DNA of 64,000 nucleotides, from the NCBI GenBank assembly GCA_010093995.1, contig ML992517.1, forward strand, positions 200,677 to 264,676. The letters run 5' to 3'. Numbering within the stretch: position 1 is the first letter of the stretch; each line of letters starts with the position of its first letter. Made by a program: the position numbers and the translations under genes. The stretch comes from Elsinoe ampelina. Taxonomy: Eukaryota. Positions 47,547 to 59,300 of the stretch are shown here, one piece after another. The notes beneath the pieces were generated by a model that saw only the letters and a list, made by a program, of their open reading frames with translations, had not been told where the DNA came from and searched no databases.

Positions 47547-50396
47547 TCAAATCTCCACCTCCCCCTCTCCCTCATCCCCCTTCCGCTTCCCCGCCCTATC
47601 CAACTCCCCCATCTCATACCCCCTCTCCCCTTTCCCCCTCGTCCTCCCCCCTTCCGCACCCGACATTGCCATCGCCTGCCTCCCCGTCTCCGTCTCCTGG
47701 AGAAACTCCCTCAACCTCTCCTTGCCCACCTCCACGGCCTGCGCTGTCGCGGCGTTGGTCATACGGAGGATAGGACCCCACAGGTTCAAGGTGTAGGTAA
47801 CGTACGCGCCGACGAGGGAAAGGGCGAGGAGGAGGAAGTAGGCTGGATTTTTGAGGACTGAAGGGGGGTTAGCGGGTGGTTCCAAGGGGCAAGAAAGATA
47901 GAAGAGGGGAGAGTGGACGGGATGCTGGGGATAGGGAGGACATACCAGCTACGATCTCGTTCCATCCTAACGCTAGTAGGAGGCCGTAGAAGTAAAGCGG
48001 TACTTGTGCAACACCACCGATTGCGCCGCGTTTGGCTTCGACGTAGACACCGTCGGCTGTCTTGCGGAAACGCACGAGGAGGTCTCGCCGCTTGTTCTCT
48101 GTCAGTAGCTCCATCTCTTCTTCGAGTGTGCGATCTGCATCATCGTCCACTCCACCAATGATACCAACTTCTTCCTCGTCACCTTTCTCGCCGGCTGGGG
48201 GGTCACCAATCCAAGACGCCAGAGGAGGCTCTTCAGCTGTGGATTTGAGTTGGAATCTTGACAGGAGAGGGATGAGTCCTGCAGTGTCTTCCCGTGCACG
48301 CATGTAGGTGCCTTCGATATCGTCGCCAGGTCGCCAGACGCGGGGGACGCCTTCTTGGTCGTAACGGAAAGCGTCTTCGAAAGCTTCGCGGAGTTTGAGG
48401 AGGAGGTTACCTTCACTGAGCTCTTCTTCGAGTTTGGTGCGGAGTAGGATCCAGCTCTTTCTTCGTAGCTTCCAGAGTCCGACTTCGACTTCTTCCGGGC
48501 TGGCGTCAAAGCTCTTTGCCATGCTGGCAAATTTATTCTCTGCTCCTCCAACCATGCCGGTGAAGCCGCTCCATATTCGGTCCCAAATCTCCTTCTCTTC
48601 TCCTTTCGCACTCTTCTCGCCTTCAGCAGGAGCACCGGAACCTCCCCTCCCACTGCCTAGTCGTCCGAATTCCAGTCCAACGGCATCGCCCAGCTTCGTC
48701 TTCACTGCTCTCTCAATCCTCGCCAATAACCGCCGCAACTCATCCTTCCTCAGCCGCGAAGAAACATCCTCCAACTCTTTCCTGAACAAGCCCAGCTCGG
48801 TCTCAAAACCAGCCCACCCTGCTCCTTCAACACCCGTCGCCTTTCCCACCTCCTCGAATCGGCTGAGAGCTCTAGTCCGCTCGCCAGTAACAATCTTTTG
48901 GAAGTCATACGCCGACCCTTTCCGCTGTCCTGATTTGACCGCAGCGCTGACGTTCTCACTGAATTGCGCGAGAAGTGTCTTGTGTGCAGCACCTATTTGA
49001 CCGGTAAAGAGAGCTTTGAGGCGGCCGTCGATGGAAGTAGCGAGCTCACCAGCCTTGCGCTTAAAGACACCCTTGTGGTACCGGCTCGCTTCCCCTTCGA
49101 ACGATGACAGTGCTAGATTGCGAGCGGTGTTCATGGCTTTGCCAAGCTCGGCTATGATAATAGGTTGCCCAGACTTGGAGGCGCTACTCTGACGGTCTTC
49201 GAGTGGTGCGATGGCGCCGTCAAACACGACCAAGACCTCCTTTGCAATTTCATCGCATCTGAATTGTGCGAGTAGCTCTTGCTGAGTGGGCAAGTCAAGG
49301 TCCTTGTTGCTATCTATTTGCGCCCAAACGTTCTCGGCGTAGTGAGGGAAGCCGTCAGCGGGGATACGGCGGTGGTACTCGGGAAGCAGGATGGGTAATG
49401 AGGCATCGTCCAACAGAAACGAGCGGCGTTTGGGATCAGCGTAGCCTTCTCGAAATCGTTGACCGAGTTTAGCGACCTCCGATACAAATCGTTCTGGCTG
49501 TAAGATCTTGTGTGGTAAAGCGACAAACGCAAAGTCAAAGTAGTCTTCGATCTTGGAGGTCTCCAGTCCAGGAGGTTTCGAGAGTGTGGACCAGATGCGG
49601 GAGAGGTCGGCTAGGAGAGTAGCACGTAAATTCGATAGCGGAGTTGTGCCTAGGTGATCGCGGATGACGAAGAAGAGCAGTGATCGAGGGACAGATCTGG
49701 AGGGTCAGCAATTGGTACTCATCATGCATGCAATGCTCACTTTGCATCCTTCAAGAACAGCTGAAGATTCACCTCAAACACCGTCTTGAGCAACCCCATA
49801 TTTGCGCCCTGGTACAACCCGACCTGGTGCTCCCAGATATTGACAATAAGGACCTCACTCGTTGCCAGCGCAAACAGGGCGCTCTTCCTCTCAAAGTCCT
49901 GGTCCTCTCCTCTTTCCCGTCCGTCTGTGCCCTCGACATCCATTACCAATATGTTATCCGCCATCCCCTTCTCCCTTTCCGAGGCAGTGCCATTTGTTAT
50001 GCCCCCCTTTTTGTTCTTGCTCATCCATATACCCTTTGTCGTCTGTCTTCGCTCCTGCTCGCTCATCACCCCAAATCTCGTACCGAACAGCTCATTGAGA
50101 AGCGTGCTCTTGCCAGTACTTTGACTCCCGAACACGCTGATGATGTGGTAGTTGAAGCCCGATCGGATTATGTCCTCTACCTTGAGGTATGCAGGTAGCT
50201 GCTCGGCATTGAAGTTCTTGTCTTCATCGATGACTTGTATTCCATGCTGGAAGGATGCGGCATCGGTAGCCCCGACGGAGCTGAAATGACCATTCAGACT
50301 GCTCATGATGGGCGGAGCAGTCGGCGAGCGTATAGGCGAGGTAGGTCGTTTGGCTGGAGGTGAAAGTCCATTGGTAGTTGTGTTTGCGGACGCCAT
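47547..50396 (-). CDS. SEY1: Sey1/RHD3 atlastin-like ER fusion GTPase, 3 exons
   Basis: [77 protein letters not shown]-terminal hairpin [17 protein letters not shown]. Introns near 49.70-49.74 kb and 47.86-47.95 kb. Confidence 0.96.
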
Positions 50397-50822
50397 CTTC
50401 TCGGATCGCCAGGTATGAGGTATTTGTGGCGTCTTACCAGAATTTGATTGGCATTGAAGATAGCGCCGGGAACGATTGATGTCACGCGCTTGTACTTGTG
50501 GCGCGGGAAACTTGGGGATCTCTTTGTTGGCACTGTCAAAAGCAGGTCGAGCTCCGAAGCTTCGGTCCCTGACTCGACGTTGACAGCTTAAATTTCGCCG
50601 CATGCAGCAGTCAAGTTAGGTACTACCACCAAAACTACCAGTACCTGTTGTATCTTCTCCTATATACCTTAGCTAGCACTGATCCCAGACCTGCTAATTC
50701 CGGAGAAGGTCCTACCACCTATATAGTGGCAAGGATTGTTGGTAGGATAATACAATCATATCATACTGCAGGGGTATATTGAGATGCTACAGAGGACTTC
50801 ATCATCGTCATCACCCATCAGT

Positions 50823-53800
50823 CTACCTCATCAGAAATTTCTCCGACGTCTCAAACAACACATGCCGGTACTGTTCCTGCCACTGCCTGGCTCTTCTCGT
50901 CTTGTCGCCTGGCGGTCTTTTGTCCGTGTCCGCTTTTTCCCTCTGCAACTCGTTCGCCTTGGGTGTACGAGGCGCAAGAATGGGATCATGCCGTCTCTCC
51001 GTATCATCGTCTGAAGCAGATACGTCGTCCTTGCCAGCGTACTTGGGAAGTATGACCGAAAACTTGCTCAGCTGGTCTACCTTTGACAGAGCGAATTGGC
51101 AAAAGTATGCGACAAGCGCAGATGTAGCCTTTGCCTGATTCTGCGATGCCAGAACATGGTACTCCGGGAGCTCTGTGATAGTCGGAAGCTTTAGACTGGG
51201 TTGATATTCAGCCCCGTTCATTCCCGATTCGTTCATGTTCAGCAGATATGGATAGACCAGAGGTAACATAAGCTTGCCGATCTGTGTATAGTATTTGGTC
51301 TTCAAGTCATCTGACTTCGCTCGCTCCATCAATTCGGTGAGCATCTCCATTATACCAGGTCGAACTACCAGGCAATTTGGCGGCACCGAGTTTGTCTTGG
51401 ACTTTTCCAGTTCTGCTGCGAACTTTTGCACAATGGTCAAAGCCCGATGTGGTTCCTCGATGAAGACTTCATCCACAATGAGAGCAGCATATCCTCTTGT
51501 AAAGATGCGAGTGAGCGTCATCCGCTGGCTATCGACCGCAGCTAAAGTCGAAGTAATTGCCACTTTTGTTTCGAATCTCAAATGATTGATCGAGGCCCGG
51601 TGCAGTGCAATATTCATAAAGGGGATTTGCCAGTAGTTGGTGATCGTCGGATACCAGATCACGGTACCGCCGATGAATTCTTGCTTCTCGCTAAGAGCCT
51701 TATCAATAAACACCCTCCAAGATCCTGGTTCCAGTGTAGTCATCACTTGAGCTTCTTGTTCTTCAAGAAGCGTCTTCAATGCGTTCATTTCATGCTCCAA
51801 ATCAAGCGGAAACATGAGGTAAACCAGCTTCCGGAGTTTCCTGCCTCCTACAGAACAGAACAGAAGCTCCGGATTCAGATCGATCGGAGCGATGTCGGGA
51901 ACGGAGGCTCTCCCTGCTACAGTGTTGAATGGTACCTGGAATGGACCAGGTAGGGTTGTCATGTCGAACGCAATCAGCGATAGTGGTGCTGCGATCGAGC
52001 TGCCACTACATGCAGCATGAAGTGAATGCCAGGTCTCATCATCCGGAGCGTGCACGACCACCATCACTTCCCCCACATAGGCGATAGCACCTACCAGGTT
52101 TTCTAGCAGATGACTGCTGAGATTCTGCAGCTGATCCTTTGTCAAATCATCAGCCGCGTCAATGAAGCCTTCATGTGTCGGCTTATGTGCGTCTTGAAAT
52201 CGCCAAGCAAGGTCTGCGGCAAAGCATAGGTTCTCAAAAGCAAGCTCGCCTGCTCTATAGGCAAGACTTGTCGCTATGAGCACCGTAGAATCTGCGAAAG
52301 CAATGTTGACAGCGAGACTGTCTGGCGAATTGCTCACAGGGAAGCGAAGCTTCGTTGCGATGGTTGCCGGCTCGAAAAGCTCACCGTCTGACGCATCATT
52401 GACGATACTCTCCGGCGACGCGACGGGGTGCCGTTCACCCTCTGGTACTGACGGATCCCAGAGAACATGGTAGAGGTCGCAATCCTCGGCCGAGTATTCA
52501 CAGTGTCCAGATTTCCAAGCCGGACAGGTCATGGGATATTTCAAGAATGCTGCGTCGCCACCCGAGAAGGGGCAGTGGTGGTACAAGCAGAGTGCCTCAC
52601 TAAAGATACAGCTGCCTCTCTCCGCCCAATGCTTACAGGGATCTGACATTTTGAAACCGACAAAGGTGCGACATGCATGTGCATACTCGCATGATCTGCC
52701 AGGCCTAGGCGTACACCTGTCTCGCAGCCAGAAACGACAAGTTATGTCCTTCTTCTCTCGAGGAGGCGGACCATACCTCTCAACATACGTCGCCATCTTT
52801 TGCGCGTAGGTCATAGAGGATCGAGCAATTCCAGACGAGGGACTGAGATTGTCGGGCGTAGAAACGGAGGCTTGCCCACCGTTCTGGCGCTCCCAACGTT
52901 GCAAGGCGGAAAATGCTGCCGCTGACAATTGTCCACGCAAAGCTGCAGAGTATGTACCTCTCGCAGGTGAAGCTGAAGGCGGGTAGATATTCCTTTCATT
53001 AGGTCGGCAATGATATCGATCGCAAAGCTCATCCCCAAATTTGCATCTACCATTCACCCATAGAGCACAGGTCGAGTGGGTTTTGGCTTCCCACTTATCT
53101 GTCAATTCGTGAAGATAATGGCACTCTTCGCCAAACTTGCAAGCGCCTTGCTTCAGCCAGCGTCGACATGTTGCCGGCCTCTTTGCTCTGATTATGCTGG
53201 CTGTACGAGTACCAGGCTCATCACCCCAGAGATTCGCACGTCTCTCATCATCGGAGACAGAGTAGTCATTAGGACTGTAAGAGGTCTGTCCCAAATCGTT
53301 TGGAGAGAAGTCAGCGGCTCGCTGCGCCGCTCGGACTACTTCACCCGTCTTTGGATCGATGATGTCGAGACTGTCTGCATCAGGCCTCTCGTGATTCTGC
53401 ATATATTTTCGATGGATATTTTGCCGCCTTAATGACCATGCATTCGCAGCGACACCAGGATCGCCATCCTCGCCGATCTTGTTGCTCTTCCGGCGCTCGA
53501 CTGGCCTAGATGTCATGCTGATACCGGATGTCCGAGTACGGACGAATGTCTTGGTAGGGGTGGCTGTGCTGGCAGATGCCCCGCTAGGTGAATCCGTAGC
53601 TATAGGGCCAATAGAGCGTGGTATAGCAGTATGGATACGAGCAGGCGTCTTAGACGGCTCTTCGCCATCGGGTTGATCAGGCCGGTCATTCTGGCTTGAA
53701 CCACCAAAAAGAGAGCCGTCAGACATAGCGTCGTCCATGTCGAGATCAGGCACCGACAGTCCGGTGGCAGGATTAGAGACACCGATCTCTGTAGGCCGAG

Positions 53801-54647
53801 TGATACCTGATGCCTGAATCATGTTGCTGTCCTTCCGAGAAGCTTTGCTGAGGTCGCTTATCAATTGGTCGTGCGGTGTGGGCTCTTCGGAAGCCGAAAG
53901 GATTTGTCTGCTGTCGACAGCTGTATCTTCCGACTGTGAGATGCTCTTGGATGACTTTGTCACCATGTCTATGGCGTCTTCTGAAAGTCGTCTAGCAGCT
54001 TTGATACCATCTCGATTCTCTCCTTCGGTGTCAACCTCAGGCTGGGAATTCGTTGACGCAATCGCTGACAATTCGTCCTCTGAATCAGTTTGCGCAGCCA
54101 ACTGCTTTCGGCCTCGGACGAGTTTGCGTTTCTTGACAGGGCTACCAAGCTCGCCCTCTGAGTCGTTTTGTATAGTCACCCCGTTCCGGGAAGTTCGTTT
54201 GACAGCAACTCCCCGAGTTCGTTTTGGTCTAGCTGGAGAAGCTCGCTCTCTAGCATTTCGGGCCTCTTCGGCTCGAGCTTGTGCCTGGCGTAGTCGTTCT
54301 CGTCTTTGGCGTAGTCGTTCGCGACGATCCAGCCGGTTTTGTCGTTCTTGCTCGGCTCTTCTGATTTGGGCGTTAATGTCTTTGACGTCCACATCCTTAA
54401 GTTCACCCTTCTTGAGCTTCACCTGCCGTTCCCTCCACAGAAGAGGTACGGGTTCGTCTCCGAAGGAATGGCGTGGCTCCCATGTACATTGATCAAGGTC
54501 ATATCCCACCCACTTTGCGAGATACAGGACTTTGTCCCCAAATCGACGTGCAGCGAGAATGTCTTCAATCTCGTACTCCCTCTCAAATACAGTGTCCTGC
54601 GAACCTATTGACGCGCAGTCATCTTCATCGCTATCGCTGGACGACAT
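50823..54647 (-). CDS. Chromodomain + five CCCH zinc-finger protein (Chp1-like architecture)
   Basis: N-terminal chromodomain YEIEDILA...YLAKWVGYDLDQCTWEP; CCCH fingers CRRWLKQGACKFGEECHYLH, CALWVNGRCKFGDELCDRYH, CRFWLRDRCTPRPGRSCEYAH, CKHWAERGSCIFSEALCLYHH, CPAWKSGHCEYSAEDCDLYH; globular C-terminal region. Confidence 0.85.
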   Translation of the reverse strand: MSSSDSDEDDCASIGSQDTVFEREYEIEDILAARRFGDKVLYLAKWVGYDLDQCTWEPRHSFGDEPVPLLWRERQVKLKKGELKDVDVKDINAQIRRAEQERQNRLDRRERLRQRRERLRQAQARAEEARNARERASPARPKRTRGVAVKRTSRNGVTIQNDSEGELGSPVKKRKLVRGRKQLAAQTDSEDELSAIASTNSQPEVDTEGENRDGIKAARRLSEDAIDMVTKSSKSISQSEDTAVDSRQILSASEEPTPHDQLISDLSKASRKDSNMIQASGITRPTEIGVSNPATGLSVPDLDMDDAMSDGSLFGGSSQNDRPDQPDGEEPSKTPARIHTAIPRSIGPIATDSPSGASASTATPTKTFVRTRTSGISMTSRPVERRKSNKIGEDGDPGVAANAWSLRRQNIHRKYMQNHERPDADSLDIIDPKTGEVVRAAQRAADFSPNDLGQTSYSPNDYSVSDDERRANLWGDEPGTRTASIIRAKRPATCRRWLKQGACKFGEECHYLHELTDKWEAKTHSTCALWVNGRCKFGDELCDRYHCRPNERNIYPPSASPARGTYSAALRGQLSAAAFSALQRWERQNGGQASVSTPDNLSPSSGIARSSMTYAQKMATYVERYGPPPREKKDITCRFWLRDRCTPRPGRSCEYAHACRTFVGFKMSDPCKHWAERGSCIFSEALCLYHHCPFSGGDAAFLKYPMTCPAWKSGHCEYSAEDCDLYHVLWDPSVPEGERHPVASPESIVNDASDGELFEPATIATKLRFPVSNSPDSLAVNIAFADSTVLIATSLAYRAGELAFENLCFAADLAWRFQDAHKPTHEGFIDAADDLTKDQLQNLSSHLLENLVGAIAYVGEVMVVVHAPDDETWHSLHAACSGSSIAAPLSLIAFDMTTLPGPFQVPFNTVAGRASVPDIAPIDLNPELLFCSVGGRKLRKLVYLMFPLDLEHEMNALKTLLEEQEAQVMTTLEPGSWRVFIDKALSEKQEFIGGTVIWYPTITNYWQIPFMNIALHRASINHLRFETKVAITSTLAAVDSQRMTLTRIFTRGYAALIVDEVFIEEPHRALTIVQKFAAELEKSKTNSVPPNCLVVRPGIMEMLTELMERAKSDDLKTKYYTQIGKLMLPLVYPYLLNMNESGMNGAEYQPSLKLPTITELPEYHVLASQNQAKATSALVAYFCQFALSKVDQLSKFSVILPKYAGKDDVSASDDDTERRHDPILAPRTPKANELQREKADTDKRPPGDKTRRARQWQEQYRHVLFETSEKFLMR

Positions 54648-55252
54648 AGTCCATTCATGAAGATGTGCAACTCCGCGAGGTGAGTTGCTAGCTCGGCTGA
54701 GGCGGAGCGACCTCGGCTGAGGTGGGTCCTGAGATCATATAATTGGCTGGAATTTTAGGCAGCAGCCTTGGCGGTTAGCGTTAGGGTTCAAGCTGAATAA
54801 AACAATTTTTCTACTCTAAAGACCTTCTTTTCTTAATCTTGCTTTTTAATAGGTAAGTAACTCTATAACTATTAATTAGATTCTAGTTATTATATTAGAT
54901 AGTTCTTTAACTACTTTCTAATTAATGCAAGATAGATACGAACTAGATTCAGTTAGGATTCAGTTTAGATTAGTCATGTGATCTCGGCATTGCGGCCCGG
55001 GCTTCCGGCCGCTCTACCCTTAATATTATATATGCTTTATATACTAGCTTTCTTCTTCTTCTTCTAAGTCTTAATATCTTAATAAATAGACATAATTAAC
55101 TTCTTATCTTACTAGTTGTAATTACTATATCGAGACTTAGAACGACTATAACTAAGTAATAGAGCTATTAAATTATCTAGTTATTCTACTACTTATATAA
55201 CTACTAATAACTACTACTTATAAAGAATTAAAGAATTAAAGAAGAAGCTATT

Positions 55253-55716
55253 TGTCACGAACTGTCTAAACATAGCCTACGTTAGTAGTCTAAGCTAAGC
55301 TAAGAACAAGGTAGTTCTACTTCTATAGTAGTATAGCACTAAGGTAAGAGTTAGAGAAGATATATCTTATAGATAATAAAGTATAATTAGATAGTATTAT
55401 AAAGGCTAGCCTTAGTAATACTAGTGTTTACTATCTAGACAAGGTTAACTATAGTACTTATATAAGGTAAGGACTATTTCTATATACTTATATTCTCTAT
55501 TGCATACTCTATATACTCTATATACTCTATAGCGAAAGCTAGGGGCAGTATAGAGTACATGTCTACTAGTAACCTATACGCTCTATAGTCTCTAGAGTAG
55601 AGCTACTAGAGAAGATAGAGAACTAGGTAAATATCGGGCTAGGTCACGTAATAACCTTAGTAGTTTAATTAGTCCTAATATCCCTATACTCTAGCTTGTT
55701 CTACTAGTTCGTAACA
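55253..55716 (-). repeat. 3' LTR (TG...CA)
   Basis: Begins TGTCACGAAC, ends GTTCGTAACA (terminal inverted repeat); collinear with 61809-62272. Confidence 0.95.
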
Positions 55717-55790
55717 TTACTCTTCTCCTTTAATCGAGTTGTCCTAATAAGTAAGTATTCTTCTTTGTCTTTACGCGCTATATACTAAAT

Positions 55791-56339
55791 ATATCTCCTA
55801 GTTGTCGAAGGCATAGTAAATCTAGCATATCCGCACGAAAGAATCTCTTAGAGTTTATTAAACTATTTAGAACTAATATACTATAGGCTTATTCTTGTTA
55901 CAAATCGAAGAGGCTAGACTATAAGGTCTATATTTAGTTAGGTATCTATAGCTAGTATATCGTAAGTAACTACTCTAGTTATAATATTTAGGTAATAAAA
56001 TCGGAATAGTAGCGTCTCTAGTCTAAGTATATTCGTTTACGAAAGGAATTAGTTATAGCTAAGGCTACTAGAAAGGAAGCTAAAGAGGCTTATAAAAAGG
56101 CAAAAGAGGCTTGTTAAAGAGCTATAGGCGATAAGCTTTACCTATATAAAGAGATATAGAAATTAGAGAATAAGGCGAAGAAAGTAATCTCTCTAGAGGA
56201 GACTTATATTCGAGTCCTAGAGTAGGAGAAAATACTATTATTAGTAAATCCCGTCCTACTATAGGATTAGTAATTATTTATGCCTAACTCCGACTAGGGT
56301 TCTCTATTTAGCAACGATTAAGATGCTTCTATTAGCTAA
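55791..56339 (+). pseudogene. RIP-decayed antisense ORF within the retrotransposon: Zn2Cys6-like Cys spacing plus coiled coil
   Basis: One frame from ATA(ATG) 55791 has six TAT/TAC codons spaced x2-x6-x8-x2-x7 (about 55890-55982), followed by RLRKELVIAKATRKEAKEAYKKAKEA...KLENKAKKVISLEE. All stops are TAG/TAA, as expected from RIP. Confidence 0.7.
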
Positions 56340-59300
56340 GTAACCTTCCTTAGACATTCTCGTTTTTATTTAGTGTTAAGAGTACTAGGTCTATCTAGTT
56401 AGTTTACTTAGGATAGGTTCTTATTCTAGTAATCTAGAATTGTTTACGAGGTAAGGTACTCCTCTAGTTCCTATATTACTTCGCTATACTAATGTCCCTT
56501 CTAGTAAATAAGGTAGTAGCGTTTTTCTTTAATAAGTTTATAACGTAAAACCCTTTCGATTTTATACTATAGCTCCTATGTTTCTTTATCTAGTTCGATA
56601 GGTCTAGGTATAGTATTCTATAGTGCTTTCTCTAGTAGTAATATATAAAAGACTAAATAGATCCTTATATGTCTTAGTAGTTCTAGTTTATATACGTTCT
56701 TGTTTTTCTTTTCTAGAATCTTAAAGAGTCCTAGTTTAGTATAGTTAAGTTTCTTACTTAGTTGTTTCGTTTTAATGTTTTTACTAAAGAGATAAACTTT
56801 CTCTCTCTCTTATAGAATTAGTCCTATAATTCTCTTCTAGTTAGTAAACTCTACTATTCTTTATAATATAAATGCTATATCGTAGTATAGCTAGTTATAT
56901 AGTTTCTTAATGTTAGCTACTAGTATATTAGTATCCTCGGATATTAGCTTAATTCTAAGTATGTCGTAGTATAGATCTAGGTGTATTCTATAGTTTACGT
57001 AGAATAGTAAAATTCTATTTGCTAACTTTCTATTGTTAATAGCAAGCTCCGTAAGTAGTAATAGTATTATCTATAAGTCTTACTTATAGTTTAGATAGTA
57101 TTATAGGTACTACTCTAGTACTTAATTTACCTGTTTAGTCTGTCTATCCGTTTATAAATAAAAGAAGGTTAATAGCTTATGTTTAACTCCTAGTAGGTCT
57201 ATAAATAATTACTAGAATTATGACGTAAATAGCTTATCCCTATTAGTTATTAGGTCTTATAGTACTCTATATTATAAAACAATTATTCGGAGGAAGGTAA
57301 AGACTATATCCTTAGTAGTTACTATTATCTTATATAGTATAAAGTAGTAATACTTTATAAACCTATCTACTAGGACTAGAATGCTATTATACTTTACACC
57401 TATAAGAGGTTCTTCTAATAGTAGTAAAGGTCCTATAAAGTCTATTATAACTAATTACTATAGTTTGTCTAGTAGTAGTAAGAGTTATAGTAGGCTATAT
57501 AGTTTATGTCGAGAGTGTTTAGACTTGTAGCATATATTGTATATAGTAACGTATGTCTTAACATCGTTTCGAAGTTCTTTCTAGAGGTAGTTTTGTATAA
57601 TAAGTTTAATAGTCTTATTAATCCCGCTATGTCCTGCCGTTAGGTTATTATAGTATATTTAAATAACTTCTTTTTTCTGTTCTTACGTAAGCTCCTAGGT
57701 AAGGCTATATAACTACTCTACCTTTAGGTACTTATAGACTAAAGCGCCGTCCTACTACTTTAGTATAGAGGCCTCTATTACTGTTATATTTTTTAAGTAA
57801 TCTAGCTAGTAGCTAAGAGCGTCTACTTTGCTATTCTCTAATCCCTTAACATAGTAGATCTAGAAGTTATAGCTTATAAGTGTTTCTAACTATTAAACCT
57901 GTTATCTATTTAGAACCTTAGTTGTTGTCTAATATAGAAGGTTCTTATAGTTAGTATAGACTTATATAGGTAAGGTTATCTCTTCTAGGTATACTCTCTA
58001 TTTACGGAACGCTTTTATAATCGCGAGTAATTCCTTATCGTATATGTCGTAGTTAAGTTTAGGTCTAGTCATTTTTCGTAAGTAGTATACAATTAAGTAG
58101 CGTTATTCTTCTACGTCCTTCTACGCTAGATACACTTCTATTACAAAGTCCGAAGTATCTATTTCTAGTAGTGCTTATTAGTCTAGGTTAAAGAGTACTA
58201 GGACAGGTACTATTATAAGTCTAAGCTTTAGCTCCTTAAAGGCCTACCTATAGATCTCGTTAAAGACAAAGCTAGTTTTCTTTTTCGTAAGGTTAGATAT
58301 TAGTATAGCTACCTTAGAGAATCCTTTAATAAACTTATAGTAGTAGTTAAAGAACTCTAGTAGCGCTTAAACCTCCTTAACTATTGTAGGTTCTAGCTAG
58401 TTATTTACTAACTTAATCTTCTTCGGATTAGGTCTAATACTATTAGTAGATATAATATAGCCTAGAAATTATATCTTATGTTTATAAAACTCGCACTTAG
58501 AGAGCTTTACTAGTAAGTCTTTTTCTTTTAGTTTCTATAGCACTTTATAAATATATTCTATATATTTGTCGTACGTCTTTAAGAAGATAATAATATTATC
58601 TAAATATACTAAGATAAAGTTATTAAGGTATTCTTGTAGAGTGTTATTAATTAACTCTTAGAAGGTTATAAAGGCGTTAGTTAACCTAAAGAGCATAACG
58701 AGGTACTTATATAGACTCTATTACGTCCTAAAAGCCGTTTTCTACTCCTTACTCTCCTTTATTCGTACTTAATAATAGGCATCCTTAATATTAATCGCGG
58801 TGAACTATTTAGCTCTAAGTAGTTAGTCTTAAAGTTTGTTAATCCTTAGTAGAGGATAGTAATTCTTCCTAGTAAGTGTATTAAGTTTCTAGTAATTAAT
58901 GTATATTTATAACGTTCTATCCTTTTTAGGTGTAAAAAGCACTCTATACGCAATAGGTGATTTTAATAGTTATATAAATTCTTTAAGTAAGTACTTATCG
59001 ATATAGTCCTTAAGGACGTTCTCTTCTTGTTTCGATAGTAGTATAAGACCTTAATAGTGTATTAGGGATTTACTCTCTTTAAAGAGTATTTCGTAATTCT
59101 ATAGTTTATATTAAAGTAAGGCTACGATGCCTTCTCTTTCTTTAAACAAGTCCTTAAAGTCTTTATATTCTAGCGGAAGTGCTTAATTACTTACGCTAGC
59201 GATAGCTCTAACTATTAGTTATACCTATACTATCCTTGTAGTTAGTATCTATAGAGCTGATTATACTCCCTATGTCCTATAATTATACTTAGGGAATTCG

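Noticed and set aside
49314..49747. Apparent break or frameshift in SEY1 in the ORF track
   Set aside because: Manual translation is continuous (LLFFVIRDH...EDYFDFAF...RFREGY...LLPEY) after a normal intron; the break is an artefact of start-codon choice.
14788..50396. Functional cluster of three dynamin-superfamily GTPases
   Set aside because: SEY1 is a housekeeping gene about 25 kb away with unrelated genes in between; likely coincidence.
429..50825. Genome-wide reassignment of TAG to a sense codon
   Set aside because: Conserved genes (aminopeptidase, NUO78, ACBP, Sly41-like) end at TAG at their expected C-termini.
54775..54788. Telomere-like TTAGCG-TTAGGG at the GC/AT boundary
   Set aside because: Only one perfect unit, insufficient to call an interstitial telomere.
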